DNA from: Octopus bimaculoides
Taxonomy: Eukaryota
Assembly (NCBI RefSeq): GCF_001194135.2
Contig: NC_069002.1
Location: 32,639,451-32,703,053, forward strand
DNA: 63,603 nt
Reading direction: 5' to 3'
This document shows positions 1 to 12,330 of this stretch, piece after piece. Position 1 is the stretch's first letter; each line of letters opens with the position of its first letter. The notes beneath the pieces were generated by a model. It was not told the origin of the DNA. It searched no databases and saw nothing but the letters and a program-made list of their open reading frames with translations. The position numbers were made by a program, and so were the translations under genes.

Positions 1-404
1 ATATATATATATACATACATACAAAGAGCAGCATAAACTGCATTAGGATTATCTTTTTGAACCATGCAGAAAATGAAAAACGAAAACAACAAAAGATGCG
101 ATAAAGAATTTGCATAGAAGACAATTAAGAAATGGTACATGTGTAGGCGTGAAGTCACGTTAGGAACGCCTATTAATCTCCATTCAATGCTATTTATTTA
201 TATAACGTATTGTTCTTTTTTGTTGTGATTATTTTTATCTTTTGTAATAAGAGTATTAATAAAAGTAGTAGTAGTAGTAATCGCAATGTAATAATAATAA
301 TAATAATAATGATAATAATAAAGCTAAGAAGAAGAACAACAACAACCACAATGATGTTCATCATAATCGTTATGGCTGTATTCTAATTTCTGCCGTTACC
401 TTAC

Positions 405-445
405 CGATCATTTCATCTCTCCTGCATGACCGTTGCATGTTCGTG
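405..445 (-). CDS. Candidate internal coding exon (41 nt, phase 2-1)
   Basis: atatttgctctctcaag/C ACG AAC.. reads TNMQRSCRRDEMI; donor TCG/gtaagg. Confidence 0.3.
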
Positions 446-1057
446 CTTGAGAGAGCAAATATTGCATAAATTCAAAATTCGTCCTGGTTTTTCTCCTTCT
501 CCATCTTTTTAAAATTTTGCTTGATCTTCTATCTAATAATGTATAAGATTTTCCATCGCCTTCTTTCCGTTTTTTCTTTTTTATTCTTTTACTTTATATC
601 ATTACTGAAAACGCCATTTTGTTTTCCACTAGTCTCTTTCTAACATTGTTGTTTTTTTCTACTCTACATCTAATGCTCTTTCTCATACTGACACTTTTTC
701 ACGCTTTGTCTATAATATTTTTTTGTTATATTTTGGTAAAGAAGTTTTGGAGAAATCTTTTATATGATATTGTTGATCTTGTTTTTGCTGTGCATTTCGT
801 CGTTGTCGTTGTTGTTGCTGTTGCTGTTGTTACACATGTAAGGAGAAGAACATATCCTAAAAAGAATATTAGAATATTGAATAAATAAATCGTGATTAAA
901 GTGACGAACGTACAAAAAGAACACCAGCTCGCCACAGTTCGTTTCAATTGTGTTCGATACTGTATTTATCGTATCTATGTAAGTAATAAGCATTTTTTTA
1001 AAGCGAACAACCATGTTATCAATGCATGAGGTTATTATTACCTATATATATATATGT

Positions 1058-1092
<35 letters not shown>

Positions 1093-2064
1093 TTTATATC
1101 TATATGTATATATCTGTATGTATATACACANNNNNNNNNNNNNNNNNNNNNNNNNNNNNNNNNNNNNNNNNNNNNNNNNNNNNNNNNNNNNNNNNNNNNN
1201 NNNNNNNNNNNNNNNNNNNNNNNNNNNNNNNNNNNNNNNNNNNNNNNNNNNNNNNNNNNNNNNNNNNNNNNNNNNNNNNNNNNNNNNNNNNNNNNNNNNN
1301 NNNNNNNNNNNNNNNNNNNNNNNNNNNNNNNNNNNNNNNNNNNNNNNNNNNNNNNNNNNNNNNNNNNNNNNNNNNNNNNNNATATATATATATATATATA
1401 TATATGTAGATACATGTGTGTGTATATATATACATATATGTATGTATGTATGTATGTGCATATGTATGTATGGTAGGCGTGTCATTAGAAAGTGAGCAGT
1501 GTGCAGTTTGAGGTGTTATCAACCGAAACACAAGAAGAGAAATTTTTGACACTGCTATTTTCTTTTATACATAATACATTTGTACAAGCGTGTGTATATA
1601 TATATATATATATGTATGCGTATAGGGGTGAGTGTATACAATCCGCATATATACATAATATATACTTAGAAAATATATATACAAAAATGCTCACATACAC
1701 ATTCACACCGCCATTCAACTGAGACACACAAACGCGCGCATACATATATGTCTGAAGAAAATAATTTAAAAAGCATCAGTTGTATTTTTTTGGCAAATGC
1801 AGCTACAGCTCAATTTACTACGAAATAATTTGATCTTTTTTCTAGTTAACAAAAATAACCAGCATTTTATCTATGGTTTATAATAAACTGGGTCTGCCTC
1901 GTTGGGTTCAGGTACTCATCACGAGTATGATGAGGAAGATTTCGAACCAGTTTACTTATATAAATCCTAAAGATATGAAGAGGCTACTGTGTGGTCACAA
2001 AAAATATTAACTGGTATGAATTCTAATGATGCGACCATGTTGAGATTCTCTCAAAGCGTCAACA

Positions 2065-2287
2065 CGAGAACAAGTTGCTTAGCTATCTACATTAGATAGC
2101 GTTTTGCTTTCTGAGTTCAAATTCTGTCGACGTCGATTTTGTCTTTCATTCTTTTGGGGTCGATAAATTAAGCAGTAGTTGAGTCTTGGGGTTAATGTAA
2201 TCAGCTCGTCCAACCCTGAAATTTCATGCCTTGTGCCTATAGTGCCTTGTGCCTATAGTGCTTTGTGCCTATAGTGCCTTGTGCCTA

Positions 2288-2290
<3 letters not shown>
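2065..2290 (+). mobile_element. SINE family B whose 3' end carries four tandem 16-bp units, then (ATT)n
   Basis: Family B core followed by gccttgtgcctatagt x4 (about 2228-2288, one variant) and about 23 ATT units to 2358. Confidence 0.8.
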
Positions 2291-2359
<69 letters not shown>

Positions 2360-3239
2360 AAATAGAGTTTGTAGTCTTGAATATAAGACAGTATAAAGTG
2401 CGAGCATTTCTGGTTATGAGTATGCCGGATTATATCCAATGCGGATTTAAACAATGATTAGAAGCATATAACAATGGTTTAGACTCACCATTTTGATAAC
2501 TACAGCATCAATAAATAACTCTCAAAATAGTTAACATAGGCGCAAATCCTCAAATCCTGTGGAAGAGGTGAAATAATGAAAACAATATCTATACGTGATG
2601 GTACTTTCTTTTATTGTGGCTGGAAATATGCAATATAAAGACTGGTTTGGGTACAATTTCAACATAAATATAAGAAAAAAATAACTTATTACTTGGGCAC
2701 AAGGCTAGGTATTATGGTCGTGTTTTACCTATGGATCGATGAAATTGGTCTTAGACTATATGACTGGTACTCTATGCTATTGTCTCCGGAAGGATGAAAT
2801 GAGGAGTTCACCTTCGTGCAATTTGAATACAATGAAATGAATAGAAATGTTAAACTGTGAAAAATGTATTACGAAGCTGTCTAGAAGTTGATGATAATAA
2901 CTAGTGTTGGCCTAGAATATTATCAATTTCTCTTTCTTCTCTCTCCTTCTCCTCTTTCTTTGTTTCTCTATCTTTCCTCCTTTTGTATCACCTCTGGTTC
3001 AAGAAAACAATAAGAGCAAGTGTGGAGTAAAGTAATGTAAAGTACATGTGTCTGAATGGCTAAGTATTGATATGGAAATGTGAAGGAAGTTGAAAGAGAA
3101 GAAGTAGTCACATATGCACAATATCGGATATGAGAATGCTTAAAAACAATGGGAAGAAAAAAAAAAGTATTAAAAAAAAACCCAAAACATTATAAATAAA
3201 TAAATAAACGAGCAGAAGCTACATCAAAACACTAGTTAT

Positions 3240-3560
3240 TGATTGAATAATTAATCAAGTCTCCATGCATTGTTTCGTGACTGGAATTTCCAGCAGATTT
3301 TCTTCGTATTAGAGAAATGGTATGACAAGCTGGGTCAACGGTGAAAAGACTCCTTCACAACTATCTCGACGCTTCTATCTCCAAACAAAAGAAATTTCCA
3401 ATTTTGCAGACGTAATGAATTAAAATTCCAAAGTTGTCTCCCCTACTTTCTTAAACACGGCTAATAATTAAACAAACCTTTCCACTACCTTCAACGACAC
3501 CACATCAATATTTGGGTAATTTTTCATTAATTAAAATTTCTTAAATAACTAAATTAATTA
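3240..3560. mobile_element. Probable dispersed MITE-like repeat
   Basis: Bounded by AATTAAT-rich ends. It resembles a repeat I recall from octopus, but there is no second copy in this window. Confidence 0.3.
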
Positions 3561-4046
3561 TCTGAGAACTGATCTTACAATATGCTTTCCAAGAACGACC
3601 AATGTTTGAGTTATTCTCCTCTAATTTTTAATTATATTTTAATCTTACGAATGTAGTTTAGGTGACGTGAATATTTCTACCGTTTTCTCATAACAGCAAA
3701 AGTGGTCTACAAAAAAAAAAAAAAATGAAAACAAAACAAAACAACAGCAACAAGGAAAAAAAAAGAAAGAAAGAACGAAAAGAATACAATATTTTTCGTT
3801 TCAGAACTTCAAAAAATTCGGTGATTGAAATATTAAAATATATATCAGATTTCTGATAAATATTTCTGATCAAAGCAATAAAATTTTGAATATTTCCTTC
3901 TTTTACTTAAGATGTATTAATGAGTTTCGTTTTGTATTTGTTGTCGACGCTTAGTTCCTAGTTAGCCCTGATCAAACATAACTATATATAAAGATATTCA
4001 TACATACATGCATACTTGCAGACATACATGCATATGTAGATGGATA

Positions 4047-4087
<41 letters not shown>

Positions 4088-4126
4088 CTATATCTACACC
4101 TATAGTTATAGGCATAACTATACTCT

Positions 4127-4190
<64 letters not shown>

Positions 4191-4681
4191 GCGTATATGT
4201 ATATACATGTGTCTATATATTTATGTATAGCTGTGTGTTTGTGTGTGGGAGTGAATATTATTTTGCTAATTCTCTCCTGTAGTAATTTTAATTCCAGCCT
4301 ACAGTAAATTTTGTCTGATTGCTATCGTCCTTGTCTTTGTTGTGTGTATATGAATGCATGCAGAACATCACTCACAACCATACACACACACTAACACAAA
4401 TACACACATACATATATATATGTATATATGTATATATTGAAGAACCAGTAGTGATGTGAATGGCGGTAAGTCTCAATATCATTGGAAGTAGAGGACCATA
4501 TCTATTGAACAGTACAGGTATAGAGACTCACATACAGAGCCTCAATTTTCTGTGCCAACGACACGATAGTTATCGTAAGTCTTCAACTGAAATAAAGCCT
4601 ATGTGAGTGGCACAATTTATTGCAAAAGCGAAAGAGCCATGCACAAGTAAACGAATATTTCATTATATAGTGTAACCTCAC

Positions 4682-4765
4682 TTCTGCTTATTCGCATCTG
4701 ACGTCTCCATCATGGTGACTTTTGTTTGTTTGCAGTGATATTCTCTAACGAAGTCAAACCGCCCC
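4682..4765 (-). CDS. Candidate internal coding exon (84 nt, phase 2-2, NAGNAG acceptor)
   Basis: atatttttcttagcag/G GGG CGG.. reads GRFDFVREYHCKQTKVTMMETSDANKQ; donor GAA/gtgagg. Confidence 0.4.
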
Positions 4766-4813
4766 CTGCTAAGAAAAATATTTCACCTGTCGTTACACTG
4801 CTTTATTTGCAAT

Positions 4814-4853
<40 letters not shown>

Positions 4854-4964
4854 GTAGCACTATATTATCCAGCAAAGTTTCATTATTCCAAAACTGTGAT
4901 TTCAAGATTCCTTGGAAAATGTGACTGTTATGTCTAGCGGATAAAATGACCACATAGAGTTTCT

Positions 4965-5190
4965 TATTTCTTTATTGCCCACAAAGGGCTAAACAAAGAG
5001 GGGACAAACAACGACAGACAAAGGGATTAAGTGGATTACATCGACCCTAGTGCGTAACTGGTGCTTAATTTATCGAACCCGAAAGGATGAAAGGCAAAGT
5101 CGACCTCGGCGGAATTTGACTTCAGAACGTAACGGCAGACGAAATACCGCTAAGCATTTCGCCCGGCGTCCCTAACCATTCTGCCAACTT
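4965..5190 (-). mobile_element. Near-intact SINE family B
   Basis: gcttagcggtatttcgtctgccgttacgttctgaagtcaaattccgccgaggtcgactttgcctttcatcctttcgggttcgataaattaagcaccag, ending ..gtgggcaataaagaaataagaaa. The central part resembles a conserved metazoan SINE domain (Meta/MESC-type, from memory, unverified). Confidence 0.85.
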
Positions 5191-5289
5191 GCCTCATAGA
5201 GTTTCTATCAATATGTTAGAAGACAAATATAAAGAGATAAAACGAAAATTAGAAGACAAAAGGAACTTTTAATAATTCAAATATTAATT

Positions 5290-5735
5290 AACATATCAGA
5301 TTTAATTATGTATTAATTACTACGAGTCAATTATAAATTAACAGCTAAGATTTGATAATTAAATAATCAGCTAATATTTACTTATTAATTTTATGCCAAA
5401 ATTTAATTATCAATTAACACTTAGTGTTTAATTATCAATTAATAGCTATGATTTAATTATGAATTAATCGTTAAGATTTAATTATAAACCAGGTAGACAA
5501 GATTTGATTATTAATTAAAAGCTAAAATTTAATTATAAATTAACAACTAAAGTTTGATTATAAGTAACCAGTGAAGATTTAATTAAGAGTTTTAACTACT
5601 TTAAATGAGGTGCTTAATAATTAACAGTTACTGTTTAATCATTAATTAATAGCTTAGATTTAATGAAGAATTAATAGCAAAACTTTTGTTATTAAGGATG
5701 CATTGACAACAAACTGCTTAGATTTAATTATAAAG
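5290..5735. repeat. Degenerate 25-bp AT-rich minisatellite (about 17 units)
   Basis: The TTTAATTAT core recurs at 5402, 5427, 5452, 5477, 5503, 5528, 5553 and 5578. Approximate consensus AGCTAAGATTTAATTATCAATTAAT. Confidence 0.85.
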
Positions 5736-5869
5736 AGAAAGTAAACCGTCGATATGATTCGAACCTGTTGTCCATCGATTTACAGAATATAAAAAAAGGA
5801 AACATCGTTGTTAAATAAACAAATTCAAAATTCACTCGAATGTGTATGCGTGTGGTGTTTTGATTTGCT

Positions 5870-6065
5870 AAAAATAACAGCCAAATGACCGATAAATCTC
5901 ATAAGCCATACAGTCTTTAAAAAGGACATACTTCATGCCATCCATGAAACACAATTTTGTGGAAAAAAAGACAAAAAAATGAAAAATCTGGTGGATGGTC
6001 ATGGATAGAAGGAGTTAAAACAGGCCAACTCGATAAGAACTGAAATGTAGGCTAAGGAACGACAG
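5870..6065 (+). mobile_element. Degenerate dispersed repeat (family E tail); relatives at about 35385-35450 (-), 41505-41640 and 54790-54900
   Basis: Shared motifs ..gctaaaaataacagccaaat.. and ggatggtca.. recur in the window and match a repeat I recall from octopus. Confidence 0.45.
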
Positions 6066-6180
6066 TAGTTGAAGTCGTAGTAGCAATTACCGCCAATAAC
6101 GTTGAGCCAACTACCTTTCATGCTATTTGAACCCGTGCCGCTTCATGTACGAGATATATATCTTCTCCTTTATCACGCAA

Positions 6181-6566
6181 TGTTGTTGTTGGCACTCCGT
6201 CGCTTACGACGTCGTGGGTTCCAGTTGATCCGATCAATGGAACAACCTCATCATGAAATTAACGTGCAAGTGGCTGAGCACTCCACAGACACGTGTATCC
6301 TTAACGTAGTTATCGGGGATATTCAGCGTGACACAGTGTGACAAGGTTGACCCTTTGAATTACAGGCACAACAGAAACAGGAAGAAAGAGTTAGAGAAAG
6401 TTGTGGTGAAAGAGTACAGCAGGGTTCGCCATCATCCCCTGCTGGAACCTCGTGGAGCTTTAGGTGTTTTCGCTCAATAAACACTCACAACGCCCGGTCT
6501 GGGAATCGAAACCGCGATCCTATGACCGCGAGTCCGCTGCCCTAACCACTGGGACATTGCGCCTCC
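6181..6566 (-). mobile_element. Full-length tRNA-derived SINE, family C, with (CAA)n tail and 8-bp TSD
   Basis: Head ggcgcaatgtcccagtggttagggcagcggactcgcggtcataggatcgcggtttcgattcccaga contains A and B boxes. CACGCAAT flanks both sides (6174-6181 and 6569-6576). Little decay is visible. Confidence 0.9.
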
Positions 6567-7177
6567 ACCACGCAATATCAACCTAAGTAAAACCACTGTG
6601 GTTTTGATTACAAGTAAAGCTGTTGGGGATTCAGTTTATTGAATAATCAATGAATCGATTTAATTAGCTATGTCCTTGACACTATATTTAGATTAGTAAC
6701 TAATTACCCGTGTAAGTTGGTTACACGCCAGCTTTTTGGCGCGAACGATAAATACTCTTCATTACCATAGAATGAATTCATCCGTGACGAATATGGATTT
6801 AAATGCAGCGAGCATGAAGATACAGACACGAAACGTGGATTTGCATAGATGAAGTGTTTGGTTTGAATATACGGAACTTAGATTTACATACACGAAACCT
6901 AGATTTCAATATAAGATCTGGATTTACATAGAAGACGTAATGTAATATACTATTGGCTTATGCATAAGCAGTGCACATGTATAGAGAGAAGCAGCGAAAA
7001 TTTTAAACTGTGCACGATCTAGTTTTTCTTTGATGTCATGGAAATCCAACGAAGGCGGGGCAGCTAAAAATAGTAGTCAGTTTTTAAATGATTAACTTGT
7101 TTGTCCCAGAGGAAGGCAAGTGGCCTAGTTGTTAGAATATTGCATTCATGATTTGTGCGTTGTGTTCTTGAGGAAAT

Positions 7178-7313
7178 TCCGTCTACCAATTCCAATCACA
7201 AGACTCACTGCTATAGTAGAATACATTTACCCAAGGTGCCACAACATAGTGGGACTGAACACGGACCCACATGGTTGGAAAGCAAGCTTCTTACCACACA
7301 GTCACGCCTGCAC

Positions 7314-7318
<5 letters not shown>
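7178..7318 (-). mobile_element. SINE family A head, 3' part missing
   Basis: gtctaccaattcc..gctatagtagaatacatttacccaaggtgcc..gggactgaac..accacacagtcacgcctgcacc. A family D head fragment abuts it on the plus strand (about 7120-7177). Confidence 0.8.
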
Positions 7319-7347
<29 letters not shown>

Positions 7348-7716
7348 NNNNNNNNNNNNNNNNNNNNNNNNNNNNNNNNNNNNNNNNNNNNNNNNNNNNN
7401 NNNNNNNNNNNNNNNNNNNNNNNNNNNNNNNNNNNNNNNNNNNNNNNNNNNNNNNNNNNNNNNNNNNNNNNNNNNNNNNNNNNNNNNNNNNNNNNNNNNN
7501 NNNNNNNNNNNNNNNNNNNNNNNNNNNNNNNNNNNNNNNNNNNNNNNNNNNNNNNNNNNNNNNNNNNNNNNNNNNNNNNNNNNNNNNNNNNNNNNNNNNN
7601 NNNNNNNNNNNNNNNNNNNNNNNNNNNNNNNNNNNNNNNNNNNNNNNNNNNNNNNNNNNNNNNNNNNNNNNNNNNNNNNNNNNNNNNNNNNNNNNNNNNN
7701 NNNNNNNNNNNNNNNN

Positions 7717-7786
<70 letters not shown>

Positions 7787-8364
7787 CGACGAAGTAATAC
7801 GCAGCATAACGAAAGAGGAAAGCAGCGCTACTTCACTACAAATTAAGCATTGAATTCCATGAGAGAAACTAGACAATTGATTATGTTACTGAACCAAAGA
7901 ATGGTAAGGTTGCTTCCTGCTGGAATGACACAACACAGACAATGTCTGCGTGTCCAAGACAATAATAATCTTTCTAAAGACACATTAACGAGAATATCAA
8001 TAACATTTAAAAGTAATATTTCAAACAATAGAACGACAAGTCGGGCTTGACCTCGGATTTGTTGCCAAAAATTTATTAATGACATGTGACCTCTACACGG
8101 GCTTTGCTTCGGGAATTGGTGTCGGTACGTGTGTTTCTCTGCGCCTCTGTTTAGTGCGCGTGTGCGTGATTGTATGTGTGTATGTATGTATGTATGTATG
8201 TAGGTGTGTATGTATGTATGTATGTATGAATGTAGTATATATATACATACATATATGCATATATGTATATATATATGCATAAACATATGTGAACATATAT
8301 AAGTATACACACATGCACACACGCATACAGACATACATATATATGCACATAAAAACAGATGCAT

Positions 8365-8401
<37 letters not shown>

Positions 8402-9126
8402 NNNNNNNNNNNNNNNNNNNNNNNNNNNNNNNNNNNNNNNNNNNNNNNNNNNNNNNNNNNNNNNNNNNNNNNNNNNNNNNNNNNNNNNNNNNNNNNNNNN
8501 NNNNNNNNNNNNNNNNNNNNNNNNNNNNNNNNNNNNNNNNNNNNNNNNNNNNNNNNNNNNNNNNNNNNNNNNNNNNNNNNNNNNNNNNNNNNNNNNNNNN
8601 NNNNNNNNNNNNNNNNNNNNNNNNNNNNNNNNNNNNNNNNNNNNNNNNNNNNNNNNNNNNNNNNNNNNNNNNNNNNNNNNNNNNNNNNNNNNNNNNNNNN
8701 NNNNNNNNNNNNNNNNNNNNNNNNNNNNNNNNNNNNNNNNNNNNNNNNNNNNNNNNNNNNNNNNNNNNNNNNNNNNNNNNNNNNNNNNNNNNNNNNNNNN
8801 NNNNNNNNNNNNNNNNNNNNNNNNNNNNNNNNNNNNNNNNNNNNNNNNNNNNNNNNNNNNNNNNNNNNNNNNNNNNNNNNNNNNNNNNNNNNNNNNNNNN
8901 NNNNNNNNNNNNNNNNNNNNNNNNNNNNNNNNNNNNNNNNNNNNNNNNNNNNNNNNNNNNNNNNNNNNNNNNNNNNNNNNNNNNNNNNNNNNNNNNNNNN
9001 NNNNNNNNNNNNNNNNNNNNNNNNNNNNNNNNNNNNNNNNNNNNNNNNNNNNNNNNNNNNNNNNNNNNNNNNNNNNNNNNNNNNNNNNNNNNNNNNNNNN
9101 NNNNNNNNNNNNNNNNNNNNNNNNNN

Positions 9127-9184
<58 letters not shown>

Positions 9185-9214
9185 GAGGGAGATGGGGAAA
9201 GACATAGAAAGGGA

Positions 9215-9455
9215 GAGAATGTTTACTTCAGCGACTGACAGACGATGGATCTGTGATCACGAAGTGATGTAACCTGTTTTCTACCTGTTCTTTGTATTGT
9301 TTTCACATCTTTTGTCACTCTGAAGTGCTTGAGGGTAGCTTGCACTGTACATCGAGAACGTTTCCTCTTCTGGGGAATTTGTCTTTGAGACATTCCATCT
9401 TCATGATGATCTACGATTTGACCTCGCTCACACTCAACTCCCTTGTTTTAGGCAT
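9215..9455 (-). pseudogene. Tc1-like transposase N-terminal (HTH) relic with one frameshift
   Basis: From the ATG at 9455: MPKTRELSVS/E-GQIVDHHEDGMSQRQIPQKRKRSRCTVQATLKHFRVTKDVKTIQRTGRKQVTSLRDHRSIVCQSLK. This is the Tc1 paired-like HTH followed by a GRPR-like motif (TGRK) and TS.RD.R.IV. Confidence 0.8.
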
Positions 9456-9529
9456 TTTACTGTTTATTAACTGTATCTACAATGTATTTTTGCATAAAAC
9501 TCTGAAATAATCAAGGACATATAAGTTAA

Positions 9530-9739
9530 TTTTCGATATTGGTCTTACTCGTAATTGGTTGCATATGTGCAGCACAGTATAAAAGCGGTAATTGATGCTA
9601 AAGGACGCTCAACCAGTTATTAACACTAATGTATATTGGGAAATATACCATAACCTACCATGTGTAAGAGTTTCATTAACATTCAGCTAGCGGAAACTCA
9701 AAACATTGGGGTGGCCTTATGCTTTTGGCCAAGGCTGTA
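9530..9739 (+). mobile_element. Tc1-like transposase C-terminus and right terminal inverted repeat
   Basis: Plus frame LVAYVQHSIKAVIDAKGRSTSY* (stop 9621-9623) matches the Tc1 C-terminal AVI.AKG..T.Y* motif. The end ggggtggccttatgcttttggccaaggctg-TA (reverse complement TA-cagccttggccaaaagcataagg) is a Tc1-type terminus with a TA target. Confidence 0.75.
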
Positions 9740-9853
9740 TGTATGCATATATATATATGCATACATGCATCGGGTAACTCACACACCTATATATACGTGG
9801 ATGCGTGTGTATAAATGCAGATGTATATGTAAATATATATTAATTTATGTAGA

Positions 9854-9945
<92 letters not shown>

Positions 9946-10017
9946 TATATAGATAGATATATACATACATATATGTATATATGTGTGTGAGCGTGTATAT
10001 ATACATATATATATACA

Positions 10018-10048
<31 letters not shown>

Positions 10049-10472
10049 ACATATGTATCTATACACATGCGCATACATACCTATGTGTATGTGCGCGTGA
10101 GTTTGTGAGCGTACATATCTCTATGATTGTATCTCTGCATACACACATACATACACAGATGTATACATACACACATATATACCTACCTACCTACATACAT
10201 ACATACATACAGATATGCATACATTCATACATACATACGCATGCATTTTCATTGTATCCGTCTATTGTCCGTAGCCTTTTGAAGTAATGAAAGTAAATTG
10301 ATTGTTGAAAAACGAAGGACAGTGTATCATTAAGTCTAATGACGTCGAATATAAAGCCCAACCCAAAGACAGCAGTTTGATCGACAACCTGCACTTTCTG
10401 AGCAGCTGACACAATCCATTAAGGCCATACTTGCCAGGACACAGGAAGTTATTATCAATATAAATGTTAAAA

Positions 10473-10673
10473 GAAAAGCGGCGAGCTGGTAGAATCGTTA
10501 GCGCATTGGTCAAAATGTATGACGGCATTTCGCTCTGAGTTCAAATTCCGCCGACGTCGACTTAACACTTTATCGTTTCAGGGTCGATAAAATAAGTACC
10601 AGTTGACCACTGGGGTCGATGTTATCGAATTATCTCCTCCCGGAAATTGCTGGCCCTGTACCAAATTTGAAAC
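10473..10673 (+). mobile_element. SINE family B with perfect 17-bp TSD
   Basis: CAATATAAATGTTAAAA occurs at 10456-10472 and 10674-10690. Family B core gagttcaaattccgccgacgtcgac..gggtcgataaaataagtacc. Confidence 0.85.
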
Positions 10674-10695
10674 CAATATAAATGTTAAAATAAAT

Positions 10696-10890
10696 GCGGC
10701 GGATTGACACAATCGCCAGCGCATCGGGCAAAAAGACTATCGGCATTTTGTCCGTATTTAAGCTCTGTGTTCAAAATCCACCGAGGTCTACTCTGCCTTT
10801 TATTATTTCAGGGTCGTTTAAGTACGTACCAGTTGAGCACGTGTTTCAATATAAACAACTTAACCGCTTCCCTTAAATAGCTGGCCTTAA
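10696..10890 (+). mobile_element. Older diverged SINE family B directly downstream of the TSD-flanked copy
   Basis: gtgttcaaaatccaccgaggtctactctgccttttattatttcagggtcg..gtaccagttgagcac. Confidence 0.7.
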
Positions 10891-11228
10891 AGTGCTGGCC
10901 AGTTGTATCAAGCAAAAGCCTGAAACGAAGCGGTGAAGGACAGAGAAAGAGAGTACAGGCACCTTCCTCTCCGATGAAGCCCTCATCGACCTTTTCAAGT
11001 TCCCGTGGAAAAGAATGTGAATGCGAAGAGATCTACCCCTACAATTTTGGCAAAGGGTGGGTGACAGTGACAAAAATGGTAAGGACGAATGATCCTATTC
11101 TTAGGATGGGTCGCGTAGGTTGGAGAAAGTTGAGTGAGGGGTTGTGCCTTTGGTGGTTAGGTTCTGTGGGATTCCTAATAAACCTTAATTAAAAAGGATC
11201 CTCAGTATCTCAGTATCCCCATTTATAG

Positions 11229-11376
11229 GGGACACATATTGTGTACACCATGTATACATGTTATTCCCATGTCCAAGGAGTTATTTGCGTCATGTTTTTT
11301 ATGTAAAACCCCACCCTACAATCGCATTATTTGAAATGCGTCCTTGTCATGTCCACTTCGCCAATTGCCCCCTGCG
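11229..11376 (+). CDS. Candidate 148-nt exon on the plus strand
   Basis: tatccccatttatag/ then open (G)DTYCVHHVYMLFPCPRSYLRHVFYVKPHPTIALFEMRPCHVHFANCPL(R); donor GCG/gtaagt. Confidence 0.2.
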
Positions 11377-11531
11377 GTAAGTGAAAGAGAACACGTTATC
11401 CTCCTCCTCCTCCTCCNNNNNNNNNNTCCTCATCATGATTATGACCATCATCAAGATCACGATCATGATCATTATTAATATTATTATTATTATTGCTGTG
11501 GATATTATTATAATTATTACTACCATCATCG

Positions 11532-11582
<51 letters not shown>

Positions 11583-11774
11583 CCATCATCATTATCATTC
11601 ATAACAACTTGATATCCACTAGACGTAATCCATCCTCAGGTTTACAATTCTTCTTTCCGAATCCACCCAACACATAGACCATCGCACGACGACAAATGAA
11701 AGCACAATCATCATCATCATCACCACCAAGAAGAACATCCCCATCATAGCCATCATCATCATCATCATCATTAC

Positions 11775-11829
<55 letters not shown>

Positions 11830-11830
11830 G

Positions 11831-12117
11831 TTCAGTAGATTTATTTTTATAACGTGCTTTCACTTCACTACCGAGCGCAGCTCTGTGCGCCTTGGGTATG
11901 TGCTGTGGTTTGCTGTGGTGCTCTTATGTTTACTGTATTGAAAGTGTTTTGCGTAGAATGTGTGCAGTACCCAGTAGTGCAATTTTCTGTATGTTATATA
12001 TATTTGTAAGTCCTTGTGTTTTTGTTATGTATTTGTCTGAATATTTTTTTTATTATACCTAAGGCACCTACTATGATAGGAATTGTTTCTGCTTTTAGAT
12101 TCCACATTCGGGTTACC
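11831..12117 (-). mobile_element. Second copy of the same R4/Dong 3' end, truncated by the assembly gap
   Basis: Near-identical to 12331-12617 at an offset of 500 nt. It reads VTRMWNLKAETIPIIVGALGIIKK...LRKTLSIQ* and differs at 4 positions I could see. Confidence 0.8.
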
Positions 12118-12274
12118 NNNNNNNNNNNNNNNNNNNNNNNNNNNNNNNNNNNNNNNNNNNNNNNNNNNNNNNNNNNNNNNNNNNNNNNNNNNNNNNNNNN
12201 NNNNNNNNNNNNNNNNNNNNNNNNNNNNNNNNNNNNNNNNNNNNNNNNGCCATCATCATCATCATCATCATTAC

Positions 12275-12329
<55 letters not shown>

Positions 12330-12330
12330 G

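Noticed and set aside
6790-6940. Faint 20-21-bp periodicity of (t/a)gattt motifs
   Set aside because: Too few and too divergent units to distinguish from chance in AT-rich DNA.
11598-11684. MVYVLGGFGKKNCKPEDG.. on the minus strand resembling a Kelch YVLGG motif
   Set aside because: It is short, sits between microsatellites, and has no acceptor or donor and no neighbouring Kelch repeats.
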